DNA from: Squalus acanthias
Lineage: Eukaryota
Assembly (NCBI GenBank): GCA_030390025.1
Contig: CM059436.1
Coordinates: forward strand, 71,920,001 to 71,984,000
Length of the DNA: 64,000 nucleotides
Direction: 5' to 3'
The translations under genes and the position numbers were made by a program. The notes under the pieces were generated by a model. The model made no database searches. It was not told where the DNA came from and worked only from the letters and a program-made list of their open reading frames with translations. How positions within the stretch are numbered: position 1 is the first letter of the stretch; every line of letters starts with the position of its first letter. Shown here one piece after another: positions 49,876 to 61,474 of the stretch.

Positions 49876-50861
49876 ATAACGTTAAAAATCAGAAGTTCAT
49901 TTAATAGCAGGGAGAGGAGAGCTACTCTGTCGCAGATCTCAGTGCAATCTGCTAAGTGCGGCTGTCAGTGTAATTCAGATCTACGAGCTGTGTATTGCAC
50001 TGTACAGATACTAGTCTGAGACCAGCATCTGCAGTATTATGGCAGCCTTGGACACGGTCAAGTGTGTAAAAGGTCTTCATTTCAGATTAATAATGTAGAG
50101 GGGCCTACGAGAGACTCTTTAGAATCATCAACATATCGGCCCTAAAATTACACCACGGGAAAATAATGTTTGAATGCGTACCATGGACAGCTGAAAGTTC
50201 ACCCTGCACTATTTTTACAGTGGCATTAATCGGTCTAAAATAAATCCAGGGCCATAGAGTGACGCATCATTGTCATAGAGAAGGATTTTTGGAGACTGTG
50301 TCTATATTTATGTCTTTTGCCCTGGGTCTTAACGGTGTCTGTCAGAGGGACTTATGTGCTTTTAACTTAAAGCTGCTAATAATTATGAAGCTAATTATGT
50401 TTTGTAAGGTACACCCTGCTGAAACCCTCATTTGAGAGACATGCTTCCACTTAGCACATGTTAGCTTAAATCAGTTGGTAAAACTGATCTTTCACTGATG
50501 TGTTACACTAACACCATGGAGATCACTTATTATCATACTGTTGGGTCATAGTCCATTTATTATGATTACATTTTAAACACCAGCCCATTTCCTTGTCATT
50601 TTTATTTAATACCTCCTTTTTATTGCAGACATGCTTCCTCTAAGCATATGCTAGCTCTAGCCTCGTGTCGCACTCTTGCATCTGAGTTAGAAAGTTGTAG
50701 ATTCAAACCCTAGTTTAGGTTGCTGCTGCAGCGCAGTACTGATGTCCTCGCCAGTACTGATTCCTTCCTCGATCAGTGTTGCTGTTTGGGACTGCACTGT
50801 AAATCATTGCATGTGAGGCACTTTGGAATTTCTCTCAGAGATGTGAGAAGGTGCTATATCA

Positions 50862-51482
50862 TCATAGAATCTTACAGCACAGAAGGAGGCCTTTCAGCCT
50901 GCCTTACCTGTATCGGCTCTTTGAAAGAGCTGTCCAATTTAATCCCACAACCCAGCTTTTTTCCCATAATCCTGCAAATTAGTCCTCTTCAAGTACAAGT
51001 CCAATTGCCTTTTGAAAGTTCCGATGGAATCTGATTCCACCACCCTTTCAGGTCGTGCGTTCCAGATCATAACAACCCTCTGTATGGAAAAAAATTCCCC
51101 TCATTTCTCCTCTAGTTCTTTTGCTAATTATTTTAAATCTATGACTTCTGGTTACTGACCCACTTACCAGAGGAAACAGTTTCTCCTGATGTACTCCATC
51201 AAAACCCCTCATAATTTTGAACGCCTGTATTAAATCTCCCCTTAACCTTCTCTGCTCTGCGGAGAACAATCCCAGCTTCTCCAATCTCTCCACATAACTG
51301 AAGTCTCTCAACCCTGGTATCATCCTGGTAAACCTCCCCAGTACCCTTTCCAAGGCCTTGACATCCTTCCTAAAGTGTGGTACCCAGAATTGTACACAAT
51401 CCTCCAGCTGAGGCCTAACCAGTGTTTTATAAAGGTTTAGCATGACTTCCTTGTTTTTGTATTCAACGGCCCTATTTACATA
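50862..51482 (-). mobile_element. CR1 LINE 3' part
   Basis: ORF 51048-51491 LYKTLVRPQLEDCVQFWVPH..EQRRLRGDLI. Confidence 0.9.
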
Positions 51483-51887
51483 CAAAAGCAAAATACTGCG
51501 GATGCTGGAAATCTGAAATAAAAACAGAAAATGCTGGAAATACTCAGCAGGTCAGGCAGTATCTGTGGAGAGAGAAACAGAGTTAATGTTTCAGGTCGAT
51601 GACCCTTTGTCAGAACTGGAAAAAGCTGGAGATCGAACAGGTTTTTAAGCAAGTGCAGGGACAGGGAAAGGGGGGAGGGGAGGAAAGAACAAGAGGGAAG
51701 GTCTGTGATAGGATGGAAGGCAGGAGAGATTAAGAGAGATTAAGAGATGGTGCAAGGCAAAAGGAGATGGTAATGGGACAAGTTAAGAAACAAAAGATGG
51801 CTCTAGATGGAAGGCAGGAGAGATTAAGAGACATTAAGAGACATTAGAGATGGTGCAAGGCAAAAGGAGATGGTAATGGGACAAGTT
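51483..51887 (-). mobile_element. Penelope-like 3' fragment with an 18-bp flanking direct repeat
   Basis: AACGGCCCTATTTACATA (51465-82) / AATGGCCCTATTTACATA (51888-905); mutated hammerhead at 51581-51617. Confidence 0.75.
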
Positions 51888-52204
51888 AATGGCCCTATTT
51901 ACATATATTGATTCATATTTTTCATTTTACTTGAAATGGTTCTAGAATATGCTGATGCTCCCAGTGCCATGGATCGACCCCATTAACAGCAAGGAACTGT
52001 GGCAAAGGAGGGACAGTTCTGCATGTGCAATTTTGCACATATGCAATTGTTGTGAAAGTCACGGGCCATGAATTCTATTTGCCCCCCATAGACTTTTGTT
52101 AACAGCTAGGGAAGGTCTGCACTAGCCAGTGATGTGGAAATAGCCTGCTGAACCATATAGAATGGGCTGAGCCTTCAGCCTACCCAAAGCCAGATAATGG
52201 CAGC

Positions 52205-52580
52205 CAGCATTGATGACCGATAGCAAAATGCTTGGAAGAACTGCGACATAAAGAATGGATTTCTTATAGAGGACCCCACAGTACAACCTGAAGGATCAAA
52301 CCTTTCTCGCAAACAGTGGACAACCAGCAATCGCCTCAGAACCGGTCATGGTAGATGCTGCCACCTTCTCCATAGAGAGAAGAGTAAAGCATCCCCATCA
52401 TGCGACTGTGAAACTCCTAATCAGACCCTGAAGTACATCATTGTGCACTGCCCTCAGAGGAAATTCGCAGGCAGCCTACAAGATATCCACGCTGTTACAC
52501 CGGAAGCTTTGGCCTGGATATCCAACTAAGATATTGACATTTGATTTGCTTTGCTACTACCATACGAAAGAAGAAGAAGA
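52205..52580 (+). mobile_element. Vingi/Ingi-like LINE 3' end
   Basis: Manual translation DPTVQPEGSNLSRKQWTTSNRLRTGHGRC..SPSCDCETPNQTLKYIIVHCP..EALAWI; very short UTR; (GAA)n tail. Confidence 0.75.
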
Positions 52581-52919
52581 TTGACATTGTTTGACCCATT
52601 TATCAGACGCTCCATGGACACCTAAGGCCCCAAAGATGGTGGGCAGGAAGCGTGCCACTTGCCATATTGGGTAAGGAAATACAAGAGGTGTCCTTTACCC
52701 ATGTCTTAGTGCTCCTCCCAACCCCATATTGAAACACCGTCCTGATCGCCACCGCTACTGACCCCCAATTCTTCGACATTGCCTGGTCTTCTCTCCCAAC
52801 CCTGTGATCTCCCACATGCCTGCTCCAACCCCTGAACTCCCTCCCCACTAATCTCTGATCTCCCACATTCCTGCTCCCCACCCCTCACCCAACCCTGACC
52901 ACAGGAGGCCAAGGCTCAG

Positions 52920-53400
52920 TTTGCAAGAGATACAGCCCATGGGAGGAAGCTTCAGCAAAATGTCTCACAAGCCATGTGGAGGGAGGTGACAGTGGCACTG
53001 AGTCCCACCTCATGCCCAGAACTGCAGACCAGTGTCAGAAATAGTTCAATGACCTGGCAAGCACAGGCAAGATAACAAGGCCATACTCCCTTTTCTTCAT
53101 TAGGTACCGTGGATACCAAATCCCCCATCACACTCCTCTGAGGTTAAAGAGCTCTCTTTATCTTACAGTATGTGCTGCCAACTTGCCTAACAGCAATTAT
53201 TTGCATGACACACCTTAAAACCTTTCACTCCACTTTAACAGGGTTCTACCAGCAAATCTATTACACCGGCTGTCTGATGTCACCTAAGACATCCCTCACA
53301 TGCCAACTTTCACCTAATGCACTTTGTCTTGTTACAGGAGACACTTGCACACAATACCAGTGACAGGCAGGGGACCAGAGGGGGCAGAAGGCCCCAGACC
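52920..53400 (+). pseudogene. Relic of Harbinger Myb/SANT-like gene (two exon remnants)
   Basis: AMWREVT..RTADQCQK*FNDLASTGK, then ttacag|ETLAHNTSDRQGTRGG; possible element ends at 52063 and 53939. Confidence 0.65.
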
Positions 53401-53454
53401 AGGACAGAAATGCCGGTGCAGCTACTACAGGGCAGAAACTTGACAGAAATTGGT

Positions 53455-53853
53455 CTCGCCTCTGAGACAGAAGAATCATGGGTTCAAGCCCCATGCCAGA
53501 GACTTGAGCATAAAATCTAGGATGATGCTCCAGTGCAGTACTGAGGGAGCGCTGCACTGTTGGAGGCCCCGACTACTTTCTCAGGTGAACGTAAAAGATT
53601 GCATGGCACTATTTCAAAGAAGAGCAGGGGAGTTCTCCCCGGTGTTCTGCCCAACATTTATCCCTCAACCAACATCACTAAAACAGATTATCTGGTCATT
53701 ATCACATTGCTGATAGTGGGAGCTTGCTGTGCACAAATTGGCTGCTGTGTTTCTTACATTACAACAGTGACTACATTTGAAAGATACTTCATTGGCTTTG
53801 GGATGTCCTGAGGTCATGAAAGGCGCTATATAAATGCAAGTGCTTCTTTCTTT
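53455..53853 (+). mobile_element. SacSINE1-like SINE
   Basis: Matches the 7680 copy with an internal deletion. Confidence 0.85.
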
Positions 53854-55019
53854 CACTCTAAAATAAATCCTCCCAAAAGTGCTGGTATGCTCAAATTACT
53901 CCTGGAAGTTGCTGCAAAGCATGTGTGAATTCGGGGCCATTGCATATAGTATTGGACATCCTACCTTGAAAAGCACAAATACATTGGAGAGAGTTCAGGG
54001 AAAAGCAACAAGGATTGTTATGTAACTTAAAATAACTTAAACAGACAAAATGTTCCTTTTTTCCTAGAAAGGGAAGATCAAAAGGGGGAGGGATATAATC
54101 TGCGTTTTGAAACTAATGAGAGCCTCTGACAGCAAAGAACATGTGCAGGTTATATAATCTAATCTGTGATTGTACACAGAAGGTATGAGTATAAAATTAA
54201 GAAGCCTCAAGCCAGACTGAGATATGAAGAAAATGTATTCCCTTGCATGGAGTAGTAGATATGTGAAAGACTCTCAGAAGTAGATGCCATTTAACACCTT
54301 TAAAACTAGTATCTGTTAACAAAAGGATTGCAGGGTATGATGATAAATCGAGTGATCAAGTACTCCATGAAACATTTTGGTTGCTGTGTTTTGGGGGCCG
54401 TGAAATGTCATCTGGGGAAAGTAATCAGTCAGGATTGAATGATGTAGGATGTAATGTTAGACTGGCATCCTGGGGTTTTACTGGATTACTTATGGGGTCA
54501 GGAAAACTTTTAACAAAACTTTGTCTATGCTTAATCAGTCATCTCAGAAAATGTAATACATTATGTGGAATCCATTATAGTACACGCCGTACATGTTGCA
54601 TTGGAAGAAATAGGCTTCCTGGGCCGAATGGCTATTTCCAATTCCATGTTTACTAATGTGAAATATGATAGATTTAGAGTTATGTTGAGAATCTAAAAGA
54701 ACAACAATTTTTTGAACCCATGCACATGACACAGTCCACAGTGCCCACAGTGAGCCCACAGTGCCCACAGAGCCAATCCACAATGTACATAGACCTCATC
54801 TAAAGCACAGGCCGAAGCCATCCACTCTTTGTCTGTGTGCCTCTATATTTTCACTGAGCTTTTCCCATTATTTTTCTATGACTGTGCATTACTTTTGGAT
54901 TATCAATGGCCTCATGTGCATGAGCAATGCACTTTACTCCAGGTGATACTTTACAACCTGGACATTAAGTTGGTTCAGTTCAGGAAATTGCAGAATTCAT
55001 AATAAAATTACGAAATTAG

Positions 55020-56750
55020 TCATAATTTTCCAAAGCTCCAAAATTCAGGAACTATGTCGTCGGATGGGAAAGTTGCAACTTTCACTCCATTATTTGAGAA
55101 GGGAGAAATAAAACAGGTAACGATAGATTCGCCAGTTTGACATCAGTTGTGGGGAAGTTACTGGAATTGGTCATCAGAGCCAGAGTGACTGAGCACTTGG
55201 ACAAGTATGAGCTGATCAAAGAGAGTCAACATGGATTTATGAAGTGTACATTATGTCTGACAAATCTAGTTGAATTTTTGGAGGCCATCTCTAACATGGT
55301 AGATAGTGAAATGTCTATGGATGCTGTCTATATGGACTTCCAGATGGCATTTGATAAAGTTACACACAAGTAATTATTGCTAAAAATGAGGGAATTGGAG
55401 TAACCTTGAGACATTAACCTTGGGTTGGTAATTGGTTGGGAGCTAGGAGATAGAGAGTAGGGATAAAGAGAACATTCTCTAATTGGTGGGATGTGGCAAG
55501 TGGTGTTTCCCAGGGGTCTCTGGGGCCTCACTTTTTCACCATATATGTTACTAATTGGATGAAGGATATCCAAGTTTGCAGACAATACTAAGTTAGGAGG
55601 CACATTAAGTTGTGTAAATGGGAGCATACATGATGGAGTTCAATGTGGGAAAGTGTGAGGTCATCCACTTTGGATCTGTAAAGACAAATCGGAGTATTTT
55701 CTTGATGGTGAGAGGCTAGGAGCTGTGGAGGAGCAAAGTGATTTGGGTGTCCAGGTACTGTCGAAGTTTTGACTTCCGAGTAAGACTCTTTAAACAATAT
55801 CGTCGAAGAAGGCTTTATTATTATATTTTACTTGCAAGGAGAATGCAACCATAGCCAAAATATTAGAAGAATTAGAAGAAGCCTGTTGTTTCTCTGTGCT
55901 GGCAGACTTTGCTGACAGCATAGTCTAAAACTTTAAATACATTATCATGAGAAACATAACAACGGATTCTTGCTTTCCAAACAAGTCAGAGTCAGCCATT
56001 TTGTATCATTCTTTGTTCAAGGAAGCCATTTTGTCTGAGACAAAAACTGCACTTCCACAGTACACAAATCACTAAAAGCTAGTACACAGCTACAAAAAGC
56101 AATCAAAAAGGCTAATGGAATGTTGGCCTTTATCTCAAGGGGGTTGGAATTCAAAAGTGAGGAAGTGATGCTTCAGCTGTATAACACCTTGCTCAGACCT
56201 CATCTGGAGTTCTGCGTTCAGTTTTGGGCACCAAACCTCAGGCAAGATATATTGACCTTGGAGCGGGTACAGCGTAAAATCACCAGAATGATACCAGGGC
56301 TTAAAGGGTTAAATTATGAGGACAGGCTGCATAAACTTGGCTTGTATTCCCTTGAGTTTAGGAGGTTGAGGGTGATCCTATCGGGGTCTTTAAACTGATA
56401 AAGGGATTCGATAGGGTAGATACAGAGAAACTATTTCCTCTAATGGGAGATTCCAGAACAAGATGGCACAATTTTAAAATTAGAGGTAGGTCATTTAGGA
56501 GTGAAATCAAGAGGCACTTTTTTTCACATAAAGGGTAGTGGAAATCTGGAACTCTCTCCCCTAAAAGGCTGTGGATGCTGGGTCAATTTTCAAGATTGAG
56601 ATCGATAGATTTTTGATAGGTAAGGGTTTCAACAGATATAGAGCAACGACAGGTAAATGGAGTTGAGCTACAGATCAGCCATGATCTAATTGAATGGCGG
56701 AACAGGCTCAATGGACTGAATGGCCTCCTCCTGTTTCTATGTTGCTATGT
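55020..56750 (+). mobile_element. CR1 LINE ORF2 remnant split by a solo LTR
   Basis: LTSVVGKLLE..SQHGFMK..DFQMAFDKVTH..LLRPHLEFCVQFWAP; 3' tail present. Confidence 0.9.
55759..56059 (-). mobile_element. Solo LTR, 301 bp
   Basis: Termini TGTCGAAGT / TGTGGAAGT (rc); exact 4-bp TSD GTAC; AATAAA on the minus strand at about 55814-55819. Confidence 0.8.
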
Positions 56751-57167
56751 AGGCCTTGGAGAATCCTAGTCTAAATGGTGTGTATCACAGAAGCAGCAAC
56801 ATTTTGGCAGCAAACCATAAAAATATTACAAATAGGATACTAACTATTCTGTGCAATTGAAATACACTTTGGCTGGAATTTTTACCTTAGAGTTGGGGTG
56901 GGTGCGGCGGGCCGCGTAGGGGGTTGCCATCCCCAAGTTTTCAACAGCGCATTCTGCACTGCACATTTAGCTCAATTACATCAATTCAAACAGTCATGTG
57001 GGCTTCCGGCCAATTAAATGGAGCGGGTCTGATGACGTCACCAATGACTCGCTTTCAGCTCAGATATTTAAAGGAGCCTAGCACACATCACAGTTGAAGG
57101 TTGCTGGAGGAGACATAAAGGTGGTTATTGCTATATTTCGAAGAGTTTTGTGAGGGTGCAAGCAAGG

Positions 57168-59027
57168 ATGGAGTCGCAGCGCCAGAAGGCTGCGCCCAGG
57201 TTCTCAGATGCCTCCCTGGATGTCCTGGTCCAGGGAGTCAGAGCTCGGAGGGAGGTGCGATTCCCTGGCAGCAGCAGGAAAAAAGCACCAAGAGAAACCA
57301 AGAGGGCATGGCTGGAGATCACCCAAGAAGTGAACAGCAAGAGTGTTGTCAGCCGCTCCCAGATTCAATGCCGGAAGAGATTTAATGATCTAATGAGGTC
57401 AGGAAAGGTGAGTACAATGCCACACTCAACTACATCCTGATGTGCATGTCATCCCAACCCCATCACTCTGCCTTCCCAAGCCTACTCCTATATGTCACTC
57501 ATCACACCAACCTCCCTTGCAGGTGCACCCATCGCTCACTGTATATGCAACTACTCACATCCCCATCTGACTAACCACCCCTGACACCTACCCTCAACCT
57601 AATGTAATCCTACAAAGTAACACCACAAAAGGAGGCCATTTGGCAATGTCACGCCACTCCCTCATAGTCATCCTCGACAGATGTAGCCCATCCATCCCTT
57701 ACACCCATTTCATCACTCTCACTCAAAGTTCTCTTCTTTCCCTCCTTGCAGGAGAAGAGAGTGCAGAACAGGCGAGAAAGAGAGAGAACCGGAGGTGGCT
57801 CTCCAATATATACAAATTTGACGCCTGCAAAGGAGGAGGCTCTCGAAATAAGTGGAGTGACTGAGCTGCTGGCGGTGGGAGACGGAGAGAGGGGGACCTC
57901 ACAGCAACCTGGTGACAGAATTAAATATCCCACATTGCATACAACAGTCACTCATGGTGACTGATGTCTGCAGCCAGTGAAATATCATCATGTGCATAAT
58001 GGTAACGTTAAACATTCTTATCATAAGAGTACTAATTCATGTCTTTACTCTCCCACAGGTCCATCAAGTGCCCTCCATCCGTCCAGCTGGAGGAAGAAGA
58101 TGACTCCTCAGAGGAAGCTCCATTCTCTGAGGTTGCACCGTCATCAGACACAAGCGCACCCAGCACCAGCGCAGATATGCGCACCTCGATGGGGCCAGTG
58201 AGAGAGAGAGTAGTGTTGTCACCTGGTGTCCCACACATCGCAAGTGAGCAAGAGCAGATGGTGGAGACAGGGGCAGCAGTGGAGAGTCCTCGCCAGAGGG
58301 CACAGGACGCTCCTAGCTCTGCTCAGCCTGATGCAGATGCTGAACCTCGGGGGCCGTCGACAAAGAGGTTGATCTTGGAGGAGCAGCAACAAATGCGCAA
58401 GGATCTGGCAGCTTTTCAAGCTGCGATGTGCGTGATTGTACAGAGAATGGAGGAGTCCATCTCCAACATGAGCACCACCATCTCGCAGGTGATGGCAAAG
58501 ATGTGCTGTTCCATGGAAAGATGGCCACCTGCACGGAGCAGCAAATGCGCCAGTCCAACGAGAACATGCTTGCTGTGAACAACAGATTGTTGACACTCAT
58601 TGACCTCACCTTGTTGAGAGATATCAATGTAGATGTGGGTCTTCATTGACCCTCTGATGTGCAGCAGGGTGCTCTCCAGCTCCTTGCTCGCAGGGAAGTG
58701 TGGGTGGCCCATGAGAGGGATGATGGTGAGAGGGGACATGGAATTGGGGGCTCTTCTCAAAGCACTCCCACTTCTCCCCCATTGCCTCCCGCTCAGTCAG
58801 AGCCCCACATGCTGCCTCGGAACCTGATGGCCGAGTCTGCCCCTGCACAGTTGCAGGAGGAGCAGACTTTGGCGGGGCCCTCACAGGCTCCAAAGTCCAG
58901 CGGCCATCTGCCAAAAGTGTCAAAACAGTCGCAGCAGGAAAGTGAGCAGACTGCCTCTACCTCTGCTGAAGCCACAGGGGTTGCACCTCGTAGAAGCACG
59001 CGGAAAAAAAAAAAGACACATAGATAG
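57168..59027 (+). pseudogene. Harbinger Myb/SANT-like DNA-binding protein gene, 3 exons (57168-57407, 57752-57911, 58059-59027)
   Basis: APRFSDASLDVLV..AWLEITQEVNS..RSQIQCRKRFNDL; GT-AG introns in phases 0 and 1; exon 3 has two frameshifts and a stop; basic C-terminus RRSTRKKKK. Confidence 0.85.
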
Positions 59028-59471
59028 AGTTATACAGCACAGAAAGAGGCCCTTCGGCCCATCGTGTCCACGCCGGCCATCAAGCCCTGTCTATTCTAAT
59101 CCCATTTTCCAGCACTTGGTCCGTAGCCTTGTATAGAGTCATATCCTAGATTAACATTTCTAGATGCACAAGGGTATGCACATGGGCGTATGAAAAAATG
59201 TTAATGTTAAGTTTCAGTTATATTTATGACCCACATAAATTTATTTCTTTGCACCACTTTCCGGTCTTGTCCATTTTTGCCTGCTACCCGGGAAATGGCC
59301 ATGTCACTTGGAGTGACTGGTGAGACAATACTAAACTTTGAGCTATGGGGGTTTGGTTGACAGGAATGGTTTGGTCATTTCAGGATTGCTCTGTGGTGCT
59401 GTTGGGATGGAAGGAGATGTGGGGGGAAGTTGGTACAGCATCTGGGAGCCAGATGGGTGCACTGGTGCAAC

Positions 59472-60696
59472 TTAAGTAAATCAGGCCATTATGAGGCCAT
59501 CCCTGGCCTCCCAGGCTGCAATGTGCGCCGCTGCTGGTGCCATCTCCACCTCAAGTTCCTCCTCCTCCTCCTCCTCCTCCTCATGTTCCACCTGTTCCTC
59601 CTCCTCCTCCAAAGAGGCTGTGCACTCTGCGCTTTGCTCCCCCTGCAGCTCCAATCCTCGCTACTGCGCTATGTTGTGCAGTGCACAGCATACGACAATG
59701 ATTTTGGAGACCCTGGCTGGTGTGTACTGGAGGGCTCCTCCAGATCTGTCAAGGCATCTGAAGTGCATCTTCAGCATGCCTATTGCTTGCTCTATGATAC
59801 ATCTGTTGGACATGTGGCTTTCATTATCACGCTCCTTGGCCTCATTGCTTGGCCTCCTCAAGGGTGTCATCAGCCACGTCTTCAGTGGATAGCCCTTGTC
59901 TTCAAGCAGCCAGCCAGTAAGTCTGTTTGGAGGTATGAAGAGCTGAGGGAGGGTGGACTGGCGCAGCACGAAAGAGTTGTGACAGCTGTCAGGGAATCTG
60001 GTGCACACATGCATGATGATCCTTTTATGGTTGCAGACGAGCTGCACATTGAGGGAGTGGAAGCCCTTGCGGTTCACAAACACTCCTGGGTGATGTGGGG
60101 GTGCCTTGATGGCCACATGTGTGCAGTCGATGACACCCTGCACCTGTGGGAAGCCAGCCACAGCTACAAAACCGAGCGCACACTCAGTAACACTGGCTTC
60201 ATCAGTGGCAAAGTTTACATAATTGGCTGACTTGTGAAACATGGCATCAGTCACCTGGGTGATGCAATTCTGAGCGGCCGACTGTGAGATCCTGCAAATG
60301 TCTGGTACAGATCCCTGGAAGGAGCCTGAGGCGAAGAAGTTGAGGGCGGTGGTGACTTTGACAGCCACTGGTATGGAGTGTCCACTAGGTTCTCTCGGCA
60401 GCAGGTCTTGTTCCAGCAAGCTCCAAACGTCTGCCACGACCTGGCACGATAGCCTGAGCCTCCTGAAGCACTGCTGCTCAGTCATGTCCAGGAAGCTCAT
60501 CCTCTGCCTGTATACCCTGTGTTGGGGGTATCGCCTGCGGCGCGGCGCGGCCCTGTGCTGATCCCCTCTCTCCTGTGGTGAGGAGAAGGCTGCTGGTGTG
60601 GTTGTTGCTGCTGCTGGTGTTGTTGCTGCTGCTGCTCATGTGGCTGGTGTTGTTGGTGCTGGGGGTCCAAGGTGAGACAGCATAAGCAGCACCCAT
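59472..60696 (-). pseudogene. Harbinger DDE transposase (HARBI1-like family), inactivated
   Basis: [51 protein letters not shown]; premature TAG at 59661-63 before an acidic tail; frameshifted Gln-rich N-terminus. Confidence 0.9.
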
Positions 60697-61474
60697 GCTG
60701 ATTTGATAGATGGCAGATAAAGTGGAGATCAGAGGCTCAATCCTCCAATGTAGTGAGAGTGACTTGCAATGTGGTGAGAGTGGCTTCTGAGGTTGCAGAA
60801 ATCACTTGCAAACTCCTGAAAGCTCCTGAAAGCAAAATCTCTGCACAAAATGGTGTCAGCAGAGCCTTTCCCTTCGACAAGGAAGCAAGTGTAGCTTTGT
60901 GTATTTATGTGCTTTTTCCAGCCGTCACTTAATGAAGAAGCACAATGGTCACTGAGCTCCCGCCTTCCCTTCACAGGCGAGCTTCCCGAGGTCCGTGAAT
61001 CCCGTGAACAACCAGTTAAAGTTGAAACCTCACGTTAAAAACGCTGTTAAGGGTCTCTCAACAAGGTCGCCCGCCTCTCTCGAGCGGGTTCGTGGCGCGC
61101 TTCGAAATGCGCCCTAGTTAAACGTGGAAGTCGGTGGGATGATGGCAGGTTCCCGATGAGCTGTCAATTTCAGTGCTTTTAACCGCTGATCGCTCTGCAA
61201 TGTGAAAATTTCGGCCTTTGAGTTTATACAAGTGGAGGACAGATTCGAATGAACACACAATCGGGCTAATGCACAACTCCAACCAAACTCTACACAAACT
61301 TCCAAATTGGCTCACTTACAATTCACACTGCCCAAATTAAGGTCACTGCACAAACTTTAAGATTAAGGCTTGCACGTTGAATTTTAACCACTTTGTTTTG
61401 ACTTGCAATATTATGTGTGTTCAATTCTTTTAAAACGATGAAATAATTGAAGCTGTAATCATTTTGTGTTTGTT

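Larger units (their letters stand above)
56871..61216. mobile_element. Near-complete PIF/Harbinger DNA transposon (about 4.35 kb)
   Basis: TIRs GGCTGGAATTTTTAC / GGCCGAAATTTTCAC (rc); TTT on both flanks; convergent Myb/SANT and DDE genes. Confidence 0.85.

Noticed and set aside
59430-60230. 266-aa plus-strand ORF
   Set aside because: Antisense shadow of the transposase
59661-60500. Domesticated HARBI1 gene
   Set aside because: It lies within TIRs beside a Myb gene and carries stops and frameshifts, so it is a transposon copy
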